From positions 44,308,153 to 44,354,755 of the forward strand of contig NC_057728.1 in the NCBI RefSeq assembly GCF_004010195.1: a DNA stretch of 46,603 nt, in the 5' to 3' direction. The translations under genes were made by a program, and so were the position numbers. Positions 1 through 10,578 of this stretch are shown here, in pieces (position 1 is the stretch's first letter; every line of letters begins with the position of its first letter). Source of the DNA: Chiloscyllium plagiosum (Eukaryota). The notes under the pieces were generated by a model. It was not told the origin of the DNA. It saw nothing but the letters and a program-made list of their open reading frames with translations, and did not search any database.

Positions 1-360
1 CTGGTGTCCCCGCTCCAGGCTGCTGGTCGCTTGTGCCCCTGCTCCAGGCTGCTGGTCGCTGGCATCCCCGCTCCAGGCTGCTGGTTGCTGGTGTCCCCGC
101 TCCAGGCTGCTGGTCGCTTGTGCCCCTGCTCCAGGCTGCTGGTCGCTTGTGTCCCTGCTCCAGGCTGCTGGTTGCTGGTGTCCCTGCTCCAGGCTGCTGG
201 TCGCTGGTGTCCTCGCTCCAGGCTGCTGGTTGCTTGTGTCCCTGCTCCAGGCTGGTGGTCGCTGGCGTCCCCGCTCCAGGTTGGTGGTCGCTGGCGTCCC
301 TGCTCCAGGCTGGTGGTCGCTGATGTCCCCGCTCCAGGCTGCTGGTCACTGGCGTGCCTG
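1..360. repeat. GC-rich minisatellite, 29-bp unit, >=12 copies, runs off the window start
   Basis: GCTCCAGG recurs at 12,41,70,99,128,157,186,215,244,273,302,331 (exact 29-bp period); unit approx. GCTCCAGGCTGCTGGTCGCTGGTGTCCCC. Confidence 0.97.
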
Positions 361-496
361 TTCTGGGCAGTGGCATTCCTGCTTCAGGCCACTTCAGGCT
401 GTCAAATGCCGATCCTGTTTTGGAGGCTGAGTGTCTGAAGCTGAGAGAAGGGAGGAATGAGGGAGGAGAGAAAAGACGAAGAAGACATAGATCAAG

Positions 497-2580
497 CAGG
501 GTCTGGAATGGATGTTGCAGGTTCCAGGATTCAGATCTTTCATTAAGAACAGGGAAGGCGGTAAAAGAGGGGTGGTGTGGCCTTGTTAGTTAAGGACTGT
601 GTAATGGTGGCTGAAAGAACTTTTGACGAGGACTCGTCTAGTGGGGTAATATGGGCTAAGGTTAGAAACAGGAGAGGAGAGGTCTCACTGCTGGGAGTTT
701 TTTATAGGCCTCCGCAGAGTTCCAGGCATGTAGATTGGCAAAACGATTCTGGATAAGAGTGAAAGGAGCAGGGTGATCATTATGGGGGCTATAACTTCCC
801 CCACATTGACTGGAAATGCTATAACTCTAGTACATCAGATGGAGCAGTTTTTTTCCAATGTGTGCAGGAAGGTTTCCTGACACAGTATGTCGAAGGGGCG
901 ACAAGAGGGAATGCCAACTTGATCTGATGCTTGGTAATGAACCAGGCCAGGTATTTGCTTTAGTTGTAGGTGAACACTTTGCAGGAAGTGACCATAATTC
1001 AGTTACGTTTAGTTTAGCAATGGAAAGGAATAGGTACATGCCACAGGTCAAGAGTTATCGATGGGGAAAGGGCAATTATAATGCGATCAGGCAAGAATTA
1101 GGATGCATAGAATGGGGTAGCAAAATGCAGGGGATGCAGACAATGGAAATGTGGAGCTGGTTTAAGGAACAGATATTGCATGTCCTTGATAGGTATGTCC
1201 CTGTCAGGCAGGGAGGAAGTGATAAGGTAAGAGAACCATGGTTTACTAAAGAAATGGCATCTCTTGTTAAGCGGAAGAAGGTGGTTTATGTGACATTGAG
1301 ACGAGATGGTTTTGATGAGGCTATGGAGAGTTAAAGATTAGCATCAGAAGGATTTAAAGAGAGAGTTAAGAAGATCAAGGAGAGGACATGAGCAGTCTTT
1401 AGTAGGTAGGATAAAGAAGAACCCAAAAGCTTTCTATAGAGATGTGAGGAATAAAATGATGACTAGGGTAGGAATAAGGAATGAGGGGCTTTTGCCTGAA
1501 ACGTCGATTTTCCTGCTCCTTGGATGCTGCCTGACCTGCTGTGCTTTTCCAGCACCACTCTAATCTTGACTCTGATCTCCAACATCTGCAGTTCTCATTT
1601 TCGCCGAGGAATAAGGCCAGTCAAAGACAGGAATGGGAAGTTGTGATTGGACCCTGTGGAGATCGGAGAGGTGCAAAACAAATATTTTTCATCTGTTTTC
1701 ACTCAGAAAAAGAAGAATATTGTAGAGGAGAAGAATGAGATACGGTATATCAGACTAGAAAAGATTAAGGTTAGTAAGGAGGAGGTATTACTAATTCTAG
1801 AATGTGTGAAAGTAGACAAGTTCCCTGGGCTGTATGGGATTTATCTGAGAACTCTCTGGAGGGAAGCTAGGGATGACATGTTGGAGTCTTTGGCCGTGAT
1901 CATTGAATCGTCATTGTCTACAGGTTTAGTACCAGAGGACTGGAGGATTGCAAGTGTTGTGCCCTTGTTCAAGAAAGGGAGTAGAGATGACCTAGGTAAT
2001 TATAGACCAGTGAGCCTTACGTCTGTTGTAGGAAAAGTTTTGGAAAGGATTATAAGAGAGAGGACTTATAATCATCTAGCAAGCAACAATTTGATTACAG
2101 ATAGTCAACATGGTTTCATCAAAGGCAGGTCCTGTCTCACAAATCTCATTGAGTTTTTTGAGAAGGTGACCAAGCTTGTGGATGAGAGTAGGGCAATTGG
2201 AGTGGTGTACATGGACTTCAGTAAGGCCTTTGATAAAGTTCCACATAGTAGGTTGCTGGAGAAAATGCAGAGGCATTGGATTGAGGGTGATTTAGCAGTT
2301 TGGATTAGAAACTAGTTTTCTGTAAGAATGCAGCGAGTGATGGTTGATGGAAAATATTCAACCTGGATTCTGGTTACTAGTGGTGTGCCACAAGGATCTG
2401 CTTTGGCACCATTGCTATTTGTCATTTTTATAAATGACTTGGATGCAGGCAGAGGTCGATGGGTCAGTAAGCTTGCAGAGCTGGTGGAGTAGTGGACAGT
2501 GTGGAAGAATGTTGCAGGTAGCAAGGGGACTTGGATAAACTGCAGAATTGGGCCGAGAGGTAGCAAATGGAGTTCAATGC
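497..2580 (+). mobile_element. CR1 LINE ORF2 fragment (AP-endonuclease, linker and RT), frameshifted, 3' end missing
   Basis: Motifs GGVALLVK, LDLMLGNEPGQV, SDHN, PEDWRIASVVPLFKKG, NYRPVSLTSVVGK, SQHGF..GRSCLTNL, YMDFSKAFDKVPH, GVPQGS; ends at QMEFNA. Confidence 0.95.
1480..1606 (+). mobile_element. 127-bp Penelope-like terminal fragment inserted in CR1, with 5'-clipped hammerhead motif
   Basis: 10-bp TSD AGGAATAAGG at 1470-1479 and 1607-1616; matches PLE ends at 5740-5835 and 9205-9300. Confidence 0.88.
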
Positions 2581-4961
2581 AAAGAACAAAGAGAACAAAG
2601 AAAATTTACAGCCCAGGAACAAGCCCTTCGGCCCTCCAAGTCTGAGACGATCCAAATGTACTGCCTAAACCTGTCGGTCAATTCCTAAGCATTTGTATCC
2701 CTCTGCTCCCCACCTACTCATGCATATGTCCAGACGCAAGTTAAATGAATCTACCGTACCTGCCTATACCACCTCTGCTGGCAACGCATTCCAAATGCCC
2801 ACCACCCTTTGTGTGAAGTACTTGCTGCATGTATCCCCCTTAAACTTTCCCCCTCTCACCATGAGAGCATGACCTCTCGTTATTGACTCCTTCACCCTGG
2901 GAAAAAGCTTATCTCTATCCACCCTGTCTATACCCTTTAAGATTTTGTAAATTTCAATCAGGTCCTACCTCAGTCTCCTTTTATCTGTTGTGGTTCTGTT
3001 CGCCGCGCTGGGAATTTGTGTTGCAGACATTTCATCCCCTGTCTAGGTGATATCCTCTGTGCTTGGGAGCCTCCTGTGAAGCGCTTCTGTGATGTTTCCT
3101 CCGGCATTTATAGTGATTTGTATCTGCCGCTTCCGGTTGTCAGTTCCAGCTGTCCGCTGCAGTGGCTGGTATATTGGGTCCAGGACAATGTGCTTATTGA
3201 TTGAAACTGTGGATGAGTGCCATGCTTCTAGGAATTCCCTGGCTGTTCTCTGTTTGGCTTGTTCTATAATAGTAGTGTTGTCCCAGTCGAACTCATGTTG
3301 CTTGTCATCTGAGTGTGTGGCTACTAAGGATAGCTGGTCATATCATTTCGTGGCTAGTTGGTGTTCATGGATGTGGACCGTTAGCTGTCTAGTGAAAATA
3401 AACCTAACCTACTCAACCTCTCTTCATAGCTAGCACTTTCCATAACAGGCAACATCCTCATAAACCTTCTCTGCACCTCTCCAAAGCGTCCACATCCCTC
3501 TGGTAATGTGGCGACCAGAACTGTACACAGTATTCCAAATGCAGCCAAACCAATGTCCTGTACAATTTTAACATGACTTGCCAGGTTTTATACTCAATAC
3601 CCTGACCAATGAAGGCAAGCATACGATATGCCTTCTTGACCACTCTATCCATCTGTGCAGCAACCTTCAGGGTACAAAGGACCTGCACTCCCAATCTCTC
3701 TGCCCATCAACTTTTCCCAAGGCTCTTCCATTCATTGTATAATTTGCTCTAGAATTAGACTTGCCTAACTGCATCACCTCACATTTTACTGGATTGAAAG
3801 CCATCTGCCACTTTTCCGCCCAACTCTCCAGGCTATCTATATTCTTCTGTATTCTCTGACAGTCCCTTATGCTTTCTGCTACTCCACCAATCTTCGTGTT
3901 ATCTGCAAACTTGCTGATCATACCAACAGTGCCCTCTTCTAGATCATTTATGTATATTACAAACAACAGTGGCCCCAACACTGACCCCTGTGGAACACCA
4001 CTGGTCACCTTTCTCCATTTCGAGAAACTCCATTCAACTACTATTCTGTCTCCTGTTGCTCAACCAGTTCTTTATCCACCTAGCTAGAACCCCCTGCACA
4101 CATGTGACTTCACTTTCTCCATTAGTCTACCACGGGGAACCTTATCAAATGCCTTACTAAAGTCCATGTATATGACAACAACAGCCCTTCCTTCATCTAA
4201 CAACTTGGTCACTTCCTCGAAGAACTCTATTAAGTTGGTAAGGCACGATCTCCTCTGCACAAAACCATGTTGCCTATCACTGATAAGCCCATTCTTTTCT
4301 AAATTTAAATAGATCCTATCTCTCAGTACCCTCTCCAGCAACTTCCCCACCACCGACCTCAGGCTCACTGGTCTGTAGTTGCCCGGAATATCCCCACTAC
4401 CCTTCTTGTACAGGGGGACAACATGAGCAACCTTCCAGTCCTCCAGCACCTCACCTGTATTTAAGGATGCCACAAAGATATCTGTCAGGGCCCCAGCTAT
4501 TTCCTCTCTTGCCTCCCTCAGCAACCTGAGATAGATCCCATCTGGTCCTGGAGGTTTATCCACCTTAATAACCTCTAGCCTACCCAACACATCTTCCCTA
4601 CTTATTTTAATGTGATCCAGACTAATCAAACTTCTATCTCTAATCTCAACATTCATTATGTTCCTCTCCTCAGTGAACACTGATGCAAAGTAATCATTCA
4701 GAATCTCACCCATTCTCTCAGGTTCGGCACACAGCCTTCCTTCAATATCTTTTAGTGGATCAATCCTTTCTCTAGTTACCTGCCTGCTTCTTATATAAAA
4801 ATAAAATGCTTTGGGATTTTCCTTAATTCTGCTTGCTAAAGCTATTTCATGACCCCTTTTAGCCCGCTTGATTCCTTGTTTAAGACTTGTCCTACTCTTC
4901 CGATATTCCTCCAGGGCCCATTCTGTTCTTAGCTGCCTAGACCTTCTGTACGCTTCCCTTT
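2581..4961 (-). mobile_element. CR1 LINE, 5'-truncated, RT plus 3' UTR and microsatellite tail
   Basis: Minus-strand ORFs with NYRPVSL, QHGF, DFSKAFDKV, GVPQGSVLGPLLF..YINDL, KFADNTK, HLEYCVQFWSP; TTCTTTG-type tail at 2581-2600. Confidence 0.96.
2987..3387 (-). mobile_element. Penelope-like element 3' fragment (GIY-YIG endonuclease C-terminus plus 3' UTR with decayed hammerhead at 3023-3062) inserted in CR1
   Basis: Reverse strand reads IHEHQLATK*YDQLSLVATHSDDKQHEFDWDNTTIIEQAKQRTAREFLEAWHS; CR1 sequence resumes on both sides. Confidence 0.88.
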
Positions 4962-5192
4962 GCGTGAATGGAATGAGCTGCCAGAGGAAGTGGTGGAGGC
5001 TGGTACAATTGCATTATTTAAAAGGAACCAGGATGGGAATATGAATAGAAGGGTTTGGAAGGATATGGGCCGGATGCTGGCAGGTGGGACGAGATTGGGT
5101 TGAGATATCCTGTCAGCATGTACAAGTTGGACAGAAGGGTCTGTTTCCTATGTACATTTGCACATCTGTACATCTCTATGACTCTATAACTC
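4962..5192 (+). mobile_element. CR1 3' end fragment
   Basis: WNELPEEVVEAGT C-terminal motif, GAAGGGTCTGTTTCC 3' motif, CTCTATGACTCTATAA tail. Confidence 0.85.
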
Positions 5193-5555
5193 CATGTGAC
5201 TGTGTGATAAAAAGGTCACAAAACCACAGGTTGAAACAGGAGGAGAAATCAAAGGATACAGGTAAGGAAGTTGAAGTAGAATTATCAGAGACTATGTTTG
5301 ATCAAGTGGTTGAAAAGAAACAAGAACAGATAAAGGATAACGTGGACATTTTGAGTTCAGAGAAATTTACTGAGCTACAACAGAAAGATGAAAAACCAAA
5401 GTAATTATATCGAAAAGCACAAACGGAAGAAGAATCTGAGTGTATTCCGGAATTTTACTATTTTAAAAATGATGTCTTGATGAGAAAATGGAGGCCATCA
5501 CATATTCAGGCAGATGAGAAATTCACAGAAGTTCATCAAGTTGTATTGCCAGTCA
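5190..5555 (+). mobile_element. Gypsy pol fragment (linker preceding the integrase zinc finger), probably Gmr1-like
   Basis: One frame with a single stop: PCDCVIKRSQ...ELQQKDEKPK*LYRKAQTEEESECIPEFYYFKNDVLMRKWRP...EVHQVVLPV. Confidence 0.72.
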
Positions 5556-5835
5556 GATTCGGCACCCCCCTCTTGACCTGCAACCTTCTTCCCGACCTCT
5601 CCGTACCCACCCCCTCTCCTGCCTATCACCCTCACCCTCACCCTCACCTCCTTCCACCTTTCGTATTCCCAGCGCCCCTCCCCCAAATTCCCACCCCTTA
5701 CCTTTTATCTCAGCCCGCTTGGCACACCAGCCTCATTCCTGAAGAAGGGCTTATGCCCGAAACGTCGATTCTCCTGCTCCTCGGATGCTGCCTGGCCTGC
5801 TGCGCTTTTCCAGGACCACATTTTTCAACTCTGGT
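5556..5835 (+). mobile_element. Penelope-like element 3' terminal repeat fragment
   Basis: C-rich tract, then CTGAAGAAGGGCTTATGCCCGAAACGTCG and GGATGCTGCCTG..CTGCTG.GCTTTTCCAG, as in other copies in the window. Confidence 0.85.
5735..5770 (+). ncRNA. Minimal type I hammerhead ribozyme motif (PLE-associated)
   Basis: CUGAAGA (5739-45), extra A, GGGC-UUAU-GCCC, GAAA-CG-UC; predicted cleavage after C5766; stem I weak (AUUC/GAUU). Confidence 0.7.
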
Positions 5836-6265
5836 CTGGAGGGAAGGTCTTATGAGGAAAGGCCGAGAGACTTGTGTCTGTTCTCATTGGAGTGAAGAAG
5901 GCTAAGAGGGGATTTAATCGAGACATATAAGGTGATCAGAGGAATAGATAAAGTAGACAGTGAAAGTCTTTTTCCGAGGATGCTGATGTCAGATTGTATG
6001 AGAGGGCATAGCTACAAATTGAGGGATGATAGATTTAAGACAGATGTCAGAGGCAGATTCTTTACTCAGAGAGTGGTAAGGGCGTGGATTGCCCTGCCCG
6101 CCAATGTAGTTAACTCAGCCACATTAGGAACATTTAAACAATCCTTGGATAAGACATGGATGAGGATGGGATAGTGTAGGGGGATGGGCTTAGATTAGTT
6201 CACAGGTCAGCACAACATCAATGGCCGAAGGGCCTGTTCTGCGCTGTCTTGTTCTATGTTCTATG
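5836..6265 (+). mobile_element. CR1 3' end fragment
   Basis: RGHSYKL..RFKTDVRGRFFTQRVVRAW.ALP; GGCCGAAGGGCCTGTT; TTCTATG tail. Confidence 0.9.
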
Positions 6266-6299
6266 AAAAGGAGGAGCTTCAGCTGGAGGGTCCTACTCT

Positions 6300-6800
6300 G
6301 CTGCCATATTCAGCACCATTGAATTAGCTTTGCCACTCATTAACATCATAGCTGATCTGATAATCATTAACTCCATTTTCCTGCCTTTTCCCATAATCCT
6401 TGATTCTCTTATGACCAAACTTCTGTCTGTCTCAGTCTTGAATATGCTTAATGATGCAACCTCTACAACACCCTGTAGTAAAATATTCCATAGATTCATA
6501 ACTCCCTGTGAAAAGAAATTCTTCCTCATCTCTTTCGTAAATTGGTGACCTCTTAACTCTAAGATTTGGCCCTCTGGTCATAACATCTCTTATAAGGAGA
6601 AACAACCATTCAACATCTACCCTGTCAAATCTCCTAAGAATTTTATACATTTAACTAAGGTTGCTGTCCTTATAAGACAGTCCTTCTGCACCTGCAATCA
6701 ACCTCGTGAACCTTCTTTGGAATGACTTTAATGCGAGTACGTCTCTCCTCACATAAGGGGCCCAAAGCTGCGATTTGATTAGTGCCTCCTGTAGTTTTAG
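6300..6800 (-). mobile_element. Older CR1 3' fragment
   Basis: Minus-strand WAPYVRRDVLAL..QRRFTRLI, YKILRRFDRVD, RKNFFSQGVMNLWN. Confidence 0.85.
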
Positions 6801-7147
6801 CAAGACAAGTGAATGGAAGCAGATAGCCATGGACATCAATGCATATCTTGACACAATACTGGAAAAATGTTCAATGGCTGATCGGAAGTGGTCGAAATCA
6901 GTGAATGAATTTCCAAATGACATCTCACATGCCTTGCACTTCATTTTAGTTATTTATTTTACACATTACTCTATATATAACATTCCCATCACTCGTGAAT
7001 CAACAATTCCCAACTACCAGGACACGAGCTTAATATTCACCTCCTTTGATCATCCTCGCTTACTTATCATGATATATGCATCACATTCACATCTTCCACC
7101 TGTCTCACCTTGATGGACACTTTAAAAAAATTCTTGCATAAGAAGTC

Positions 7148-7490
7148 TTCATAGTGCAAGGTCAGCATTTGTTGCCCAATCCCAATTGCCCAATCCCAAT
7201 CCCAGTTGCTTGTTAGACCATTTCACAAGTCAATTAAAAGTCAACCATATTGCTGTGAGTCTGGAGTCACATGTAAATCAGAAATAGCAGATTTCCTTTC
7301 CTAATAACAATGAGTGAACCAGATGGGTTTTTATGACAGTTGATGATACTTCCATGGCCACCATTACTAAAACGAGGCTTTAGTTGCTGGTTTCATTGAT
7401 TCATTTGTAATTCCACCAGCTACCATTCCTGCATCCCCAGAGATTCAGCCTAGGTCTCTGGATTACTAGTCCAATGACATTGCTACGACA
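7148..7490 (-). mobile_element. tRNA-headed SINE, family B (copy 1)
   Basis: Reverse complement matches 31187-31470 (ACATGTGACTCCAGAC.CACAGCAAT.TGGTTGAC). Confidence 0.75.
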
Positions 7491-7759
7491 TCATTCAAAC
7501 ACAGTATCATGCTCCTTGAATATTCAGTTCCCAGTCCTGGTCACCATGCAGCCATGTTTCTGTAATGGTAATTAGGTCATAGTCATGCATCTCTTGTTGT
7601 GAATACTGTGTATATTTAGGTTCAGTTCCCTTCACTTTATCTTTTTGACATTATTCCACTTTCAAAGCATATTCGATACTCAGCTTCGTTCCTCCTGTAT
7701 TCTAGTCTCCATTCCAATTTAGGCTATTCCTCAGGTACTCTTCCACCTAAAAAGTTGTT

Positions 7760-8332
7760 TAAAGCTGGCCATAAATCAGATACAGAGCCGAGAGTAACAT
7801 CATTTCACTCAGACTATCTCAGATTAGCTTTCCTGCAAATTGATAGAAAACAATTACCTAATAAAAATGACTTGGAGACAAGCAATGTTACACTAAATGG
7901 TTACAAAGAACTGAGAATGGACAGTGAGGCACAACCAAATCAGAGGGGCACATAAAGGAAAAGTCTTTAATTTCAGGTTCCACATCAATGAACAAAATGC
8001 TTCTGCTACCTTGAGATTGAGCAATCACAGAGAGCTGCCGATTATCTCAGTCAAGCATAAAATAAAAGACCTTAGTGGGAAACTCCATCACCGAAAGAGC
8101 ATCATACCTCCAATATTATGTTAAATTAGAGGTGAGACCAGCAAAGATGAAGAGTTACAAATGCTGTCTCAGCATTTGATTCAGAGATAGTCTGATAAAA
8201 TGTAATAAGCACAGCCAGATATATAGCAGTATTGGTCTATCAGAGATTATGTTTCACTAGAAGGTGGTGTTTTGCTGATTGGAGCCAGAACAATCATACC
8301 TAAAATGATTCAGGGAGGACTTCACCAGAAGA
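7760..8332 (+). mobile_element. Decayed Gypsy LTR-retrotransposon pol, part 1 (protease-like region joined to pre-integrase region)
   Basis: IRGETSKDEELQML and YWSIRDYVSLEGGVLLIGARTIIPKMIQGGLHQK readable, typical of the region before the integrase HHCC finger. Confidence 0.7.
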
Positions 8333-8858
8333 CATTTGATGAAGCGCCATATAAGCGATGGTAGAAACCCAGAATATAGAGGCAAATTACTGACATAACT
8401 AGGAAAATTGTTGAGTGTCAGGTGAAAGAAAATAGGTAGTATTCAAGTTTGCAACTGGGACATAAAACTGTGTTCAGGCCTCAGTTATTCACATTATTTC
8501 TTCATGACTTGGATAATGGCACAGAAAGTCATGCATTCAAATTTACTGATGACACAAAGTTAAGTTGTGTAGTGGACAGTGCAGATGATAGCATAAAATC
8601 ACAAAAGAATACTGATAGACAAGGTGAATGGCCAAAACTGTGGCAGATGAATTTCTATATAAGCAAATGTAATATTGTCCATTTGGATTAAAAATGTATA
8701 GATGAGAGACTTTCTAGATGGCATGAAGTTAAATACAATGGATGCTCAAAGATCCTTGGGGGTCGGGTGCATAGATCTTTAAAATGCAACAAGCAGGAGC
8801 AGAAAATATTCAAGAAGGCTTGAATACACTGTCCACTACACAACTTAACTTAACTTGG

Positions 8859-9171
8859 TGGCCGGCACGGTGGCACAGTAGTCAGCACTGCTGCCTCACA
8901 GCGCCAGAGATCCGGGTTCAATTCCCACCTCAGGCGACTGACTGTGTGGAGTTTGCACGTTCTCCCCATGTCTGCGTGGGTTTCCTCTGGGTGCTCCGGT
9001 TTCCTCCCACAGTTCAAAGATGTGCACGTCAGGTGAATTGGCCATGCTAAAATTGCCCTTAGTGTTAGGTAAAGGGGTAAATGTACGGGAATGGGTGGGT
9101 TACGCTTTGGCGGGTCGGTGTGGACTTGTTGGGCCGAAGGGCCTGTTTCCACACTGTATGTAATCTAATCT
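8859..9171 (+). mobile_element. HE1-type V-SINE, full length
   Basis: tRNA head (GGCACGGTGGCACAG..GGTTCAATTCC), V-domain GTGTGGAGTTTGCAC..GGTTTCCTCCCA, CR1-like 3' end, (TAATC)n tail; TSD AAGGCT 8815-8820 / 9172-9177. Confidence 0.92.
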
Positions 9172-9203
9172 AAGGCTAATGGAATGCTGGTCTTTCTATC
9201 TAA

Positions 9204-9986
9204 AACTGAAAAATGTGTAGGTGGAAAAGCGCAGCAGGTCAGGCAGCATCCAAGAAGCAGGAGAATCGATGTTTCGGGCATAAGCCCTTCTTCAGGAATG
9301 TGGAGGGTGTGCCAAGCAGGCTAAGATAAAAGGTAGGGAGGAGGGACTTGGGGAGGGGTGTTGGGANNNNNNNNNNNNNNNNNNNNNNNNNNNNNNNNNN
9401 NNNNNNNNNNNNNNNNNNNNNNNNNNNNNNNNNNNNNNNNNNNNNNNNNNNNNNNNNNNNNNNNNNNNNNNNNNNNNNNNNNNNNNNNNNNNNNNNNNNN
9501 NNNNNNNNNNNNNNNNNNNNNNNNNNNNNNNNNNNNNNNNNNNNNNNNNNNNNNNNNNNNNNNNNNNNNNNNNNNNNNNNNNNNNNNNNNNNNNNNNNNN
9601 NNNNNNNNNNNNNNNNNNNNNNNNNNNNNNNNNNNNNNNNNNNNNNNNNNNNNNNNNNNNNNNNNNNNNNNNNNNNNNNNNNNNNNNNNNNNNNNNNNNN
9701 NNNNNNNNNNNNNNNNNNNNNNNNNNNNNNNNNNNNNNNNNNNNNNNNNNNNNNNNNNNNNNNNNNNNNNNNNNNNNNNGTCGCGGAGGGAGTGGTCTTT
9801 CCGGAACGCTGATAGGGGAGGGGAGGGAAATATATCCTTGGTGGTGGGGTCTGTTTGGAGGTGGCGGAATTGATGAAGGATGATACGATGTATCTGGAGG
9901 TTGGTGGGGTGGTAGGTGAGGACCAGTGGGGTTCTGTCCTGGTGGCGTTTGGAGGGGTGGGGTTCAAGGGTGGAGGAGCGGGAAGT
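9204..9986 (-). mobile_element. Penelope-like element fragment spanning an assembly gap; hammerhead motif at 9264-9299
   Basis: Terminal repeat nearly identical to 5700-5830 in reverse; right part 9780-9986 is consistent with PLE ORF sequence; CR1 resumes on both sides. Confidence 0.85.
9367..9779. other. Assembly gap (413 N)
   Basis: Run of N. Confidence 1.
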
Positions 9987-10578
9987 GGACTAGATTGTAA
10001 GGGCACAGATGTTATGCTGCAGCTATACACGCCCTGATTAGATCCTACTTGGAATACTTTGAGCAGATCTGGTCACCACACCTTAGGAAGGATATATTGA
10101 CCTCGGAGAGAGTGCAAGAATAGACTTGCAAGAATATCAACTGGACTTTATGGGTTAAGTTATGAGGAGAGATAATACAAATTGAGCCTGTTTTCTTTAG
10201 AATTTAGAAGTCTAAAGGGTGATCTGATCAAAATCTTCAAGATATTAATTGGAATAGACAGAGTAGATAAAAATAAACTGTTTCACTGATTGGGGATTTT
10301 AGAACTGGGGGGGGTGGGGGCATCATCTGAGGATTAAGGCCAGACCGTTTAGGAGAGATGTTAAGAAGCAGTTCGACATGCAAAGGTTAGTGTTTGTACC
10401 TGTCTTCTCGAAATGATAGTTGATGCAGGATAAGTTATTAACTTAAAATCTGAGATAGATACATTTATATATGTTAAAGGCAGGTATATGGAGTCAGGCC
10501 ATAGATCAGCCATGATCTCATTAAATGGCAGAATAGGCTTAGGCCTATGTTCCTATGTTCCAATGTTCCTGTGTTCCT

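Larger units (their letters stand above)
8333..10578 (+). mobile_element. Degenerate CR1 (RT to 3' tail) hosting a SINE and a PLE
   Basis: PQLFTLFLHDLD..KFTDDTKL..WQMNF; (TGTTCCTA)n-type tail at 10545-10578. Confidence 0.88.

Noticed and set aside
1..360. CRISPR-like array (29-bp repeats)
   Set aside because: Units are contiguous with no unique spacers, there are no cas genes, and the context is eukaryotic
4..438. Three overlapping repetitive ORFs
   Set aside because: Artefact of a stop-free 29-bp tandem repeat; they start at non-ATG codons and show no coding signal
1647..4713. RT ORFs as functional genes or a retron/DGR-type system
   Set aside because: Frameshifted, truncated CR1 LINE pieces
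8859..8930. tRNA-like sequences
   Set aside because: SINE heads continuous with SINE bodies; not stand-alone tRNA genes
9239..10030. Longest ORFs in the track
   Set aside because: Open only because they cross the 413-N gap
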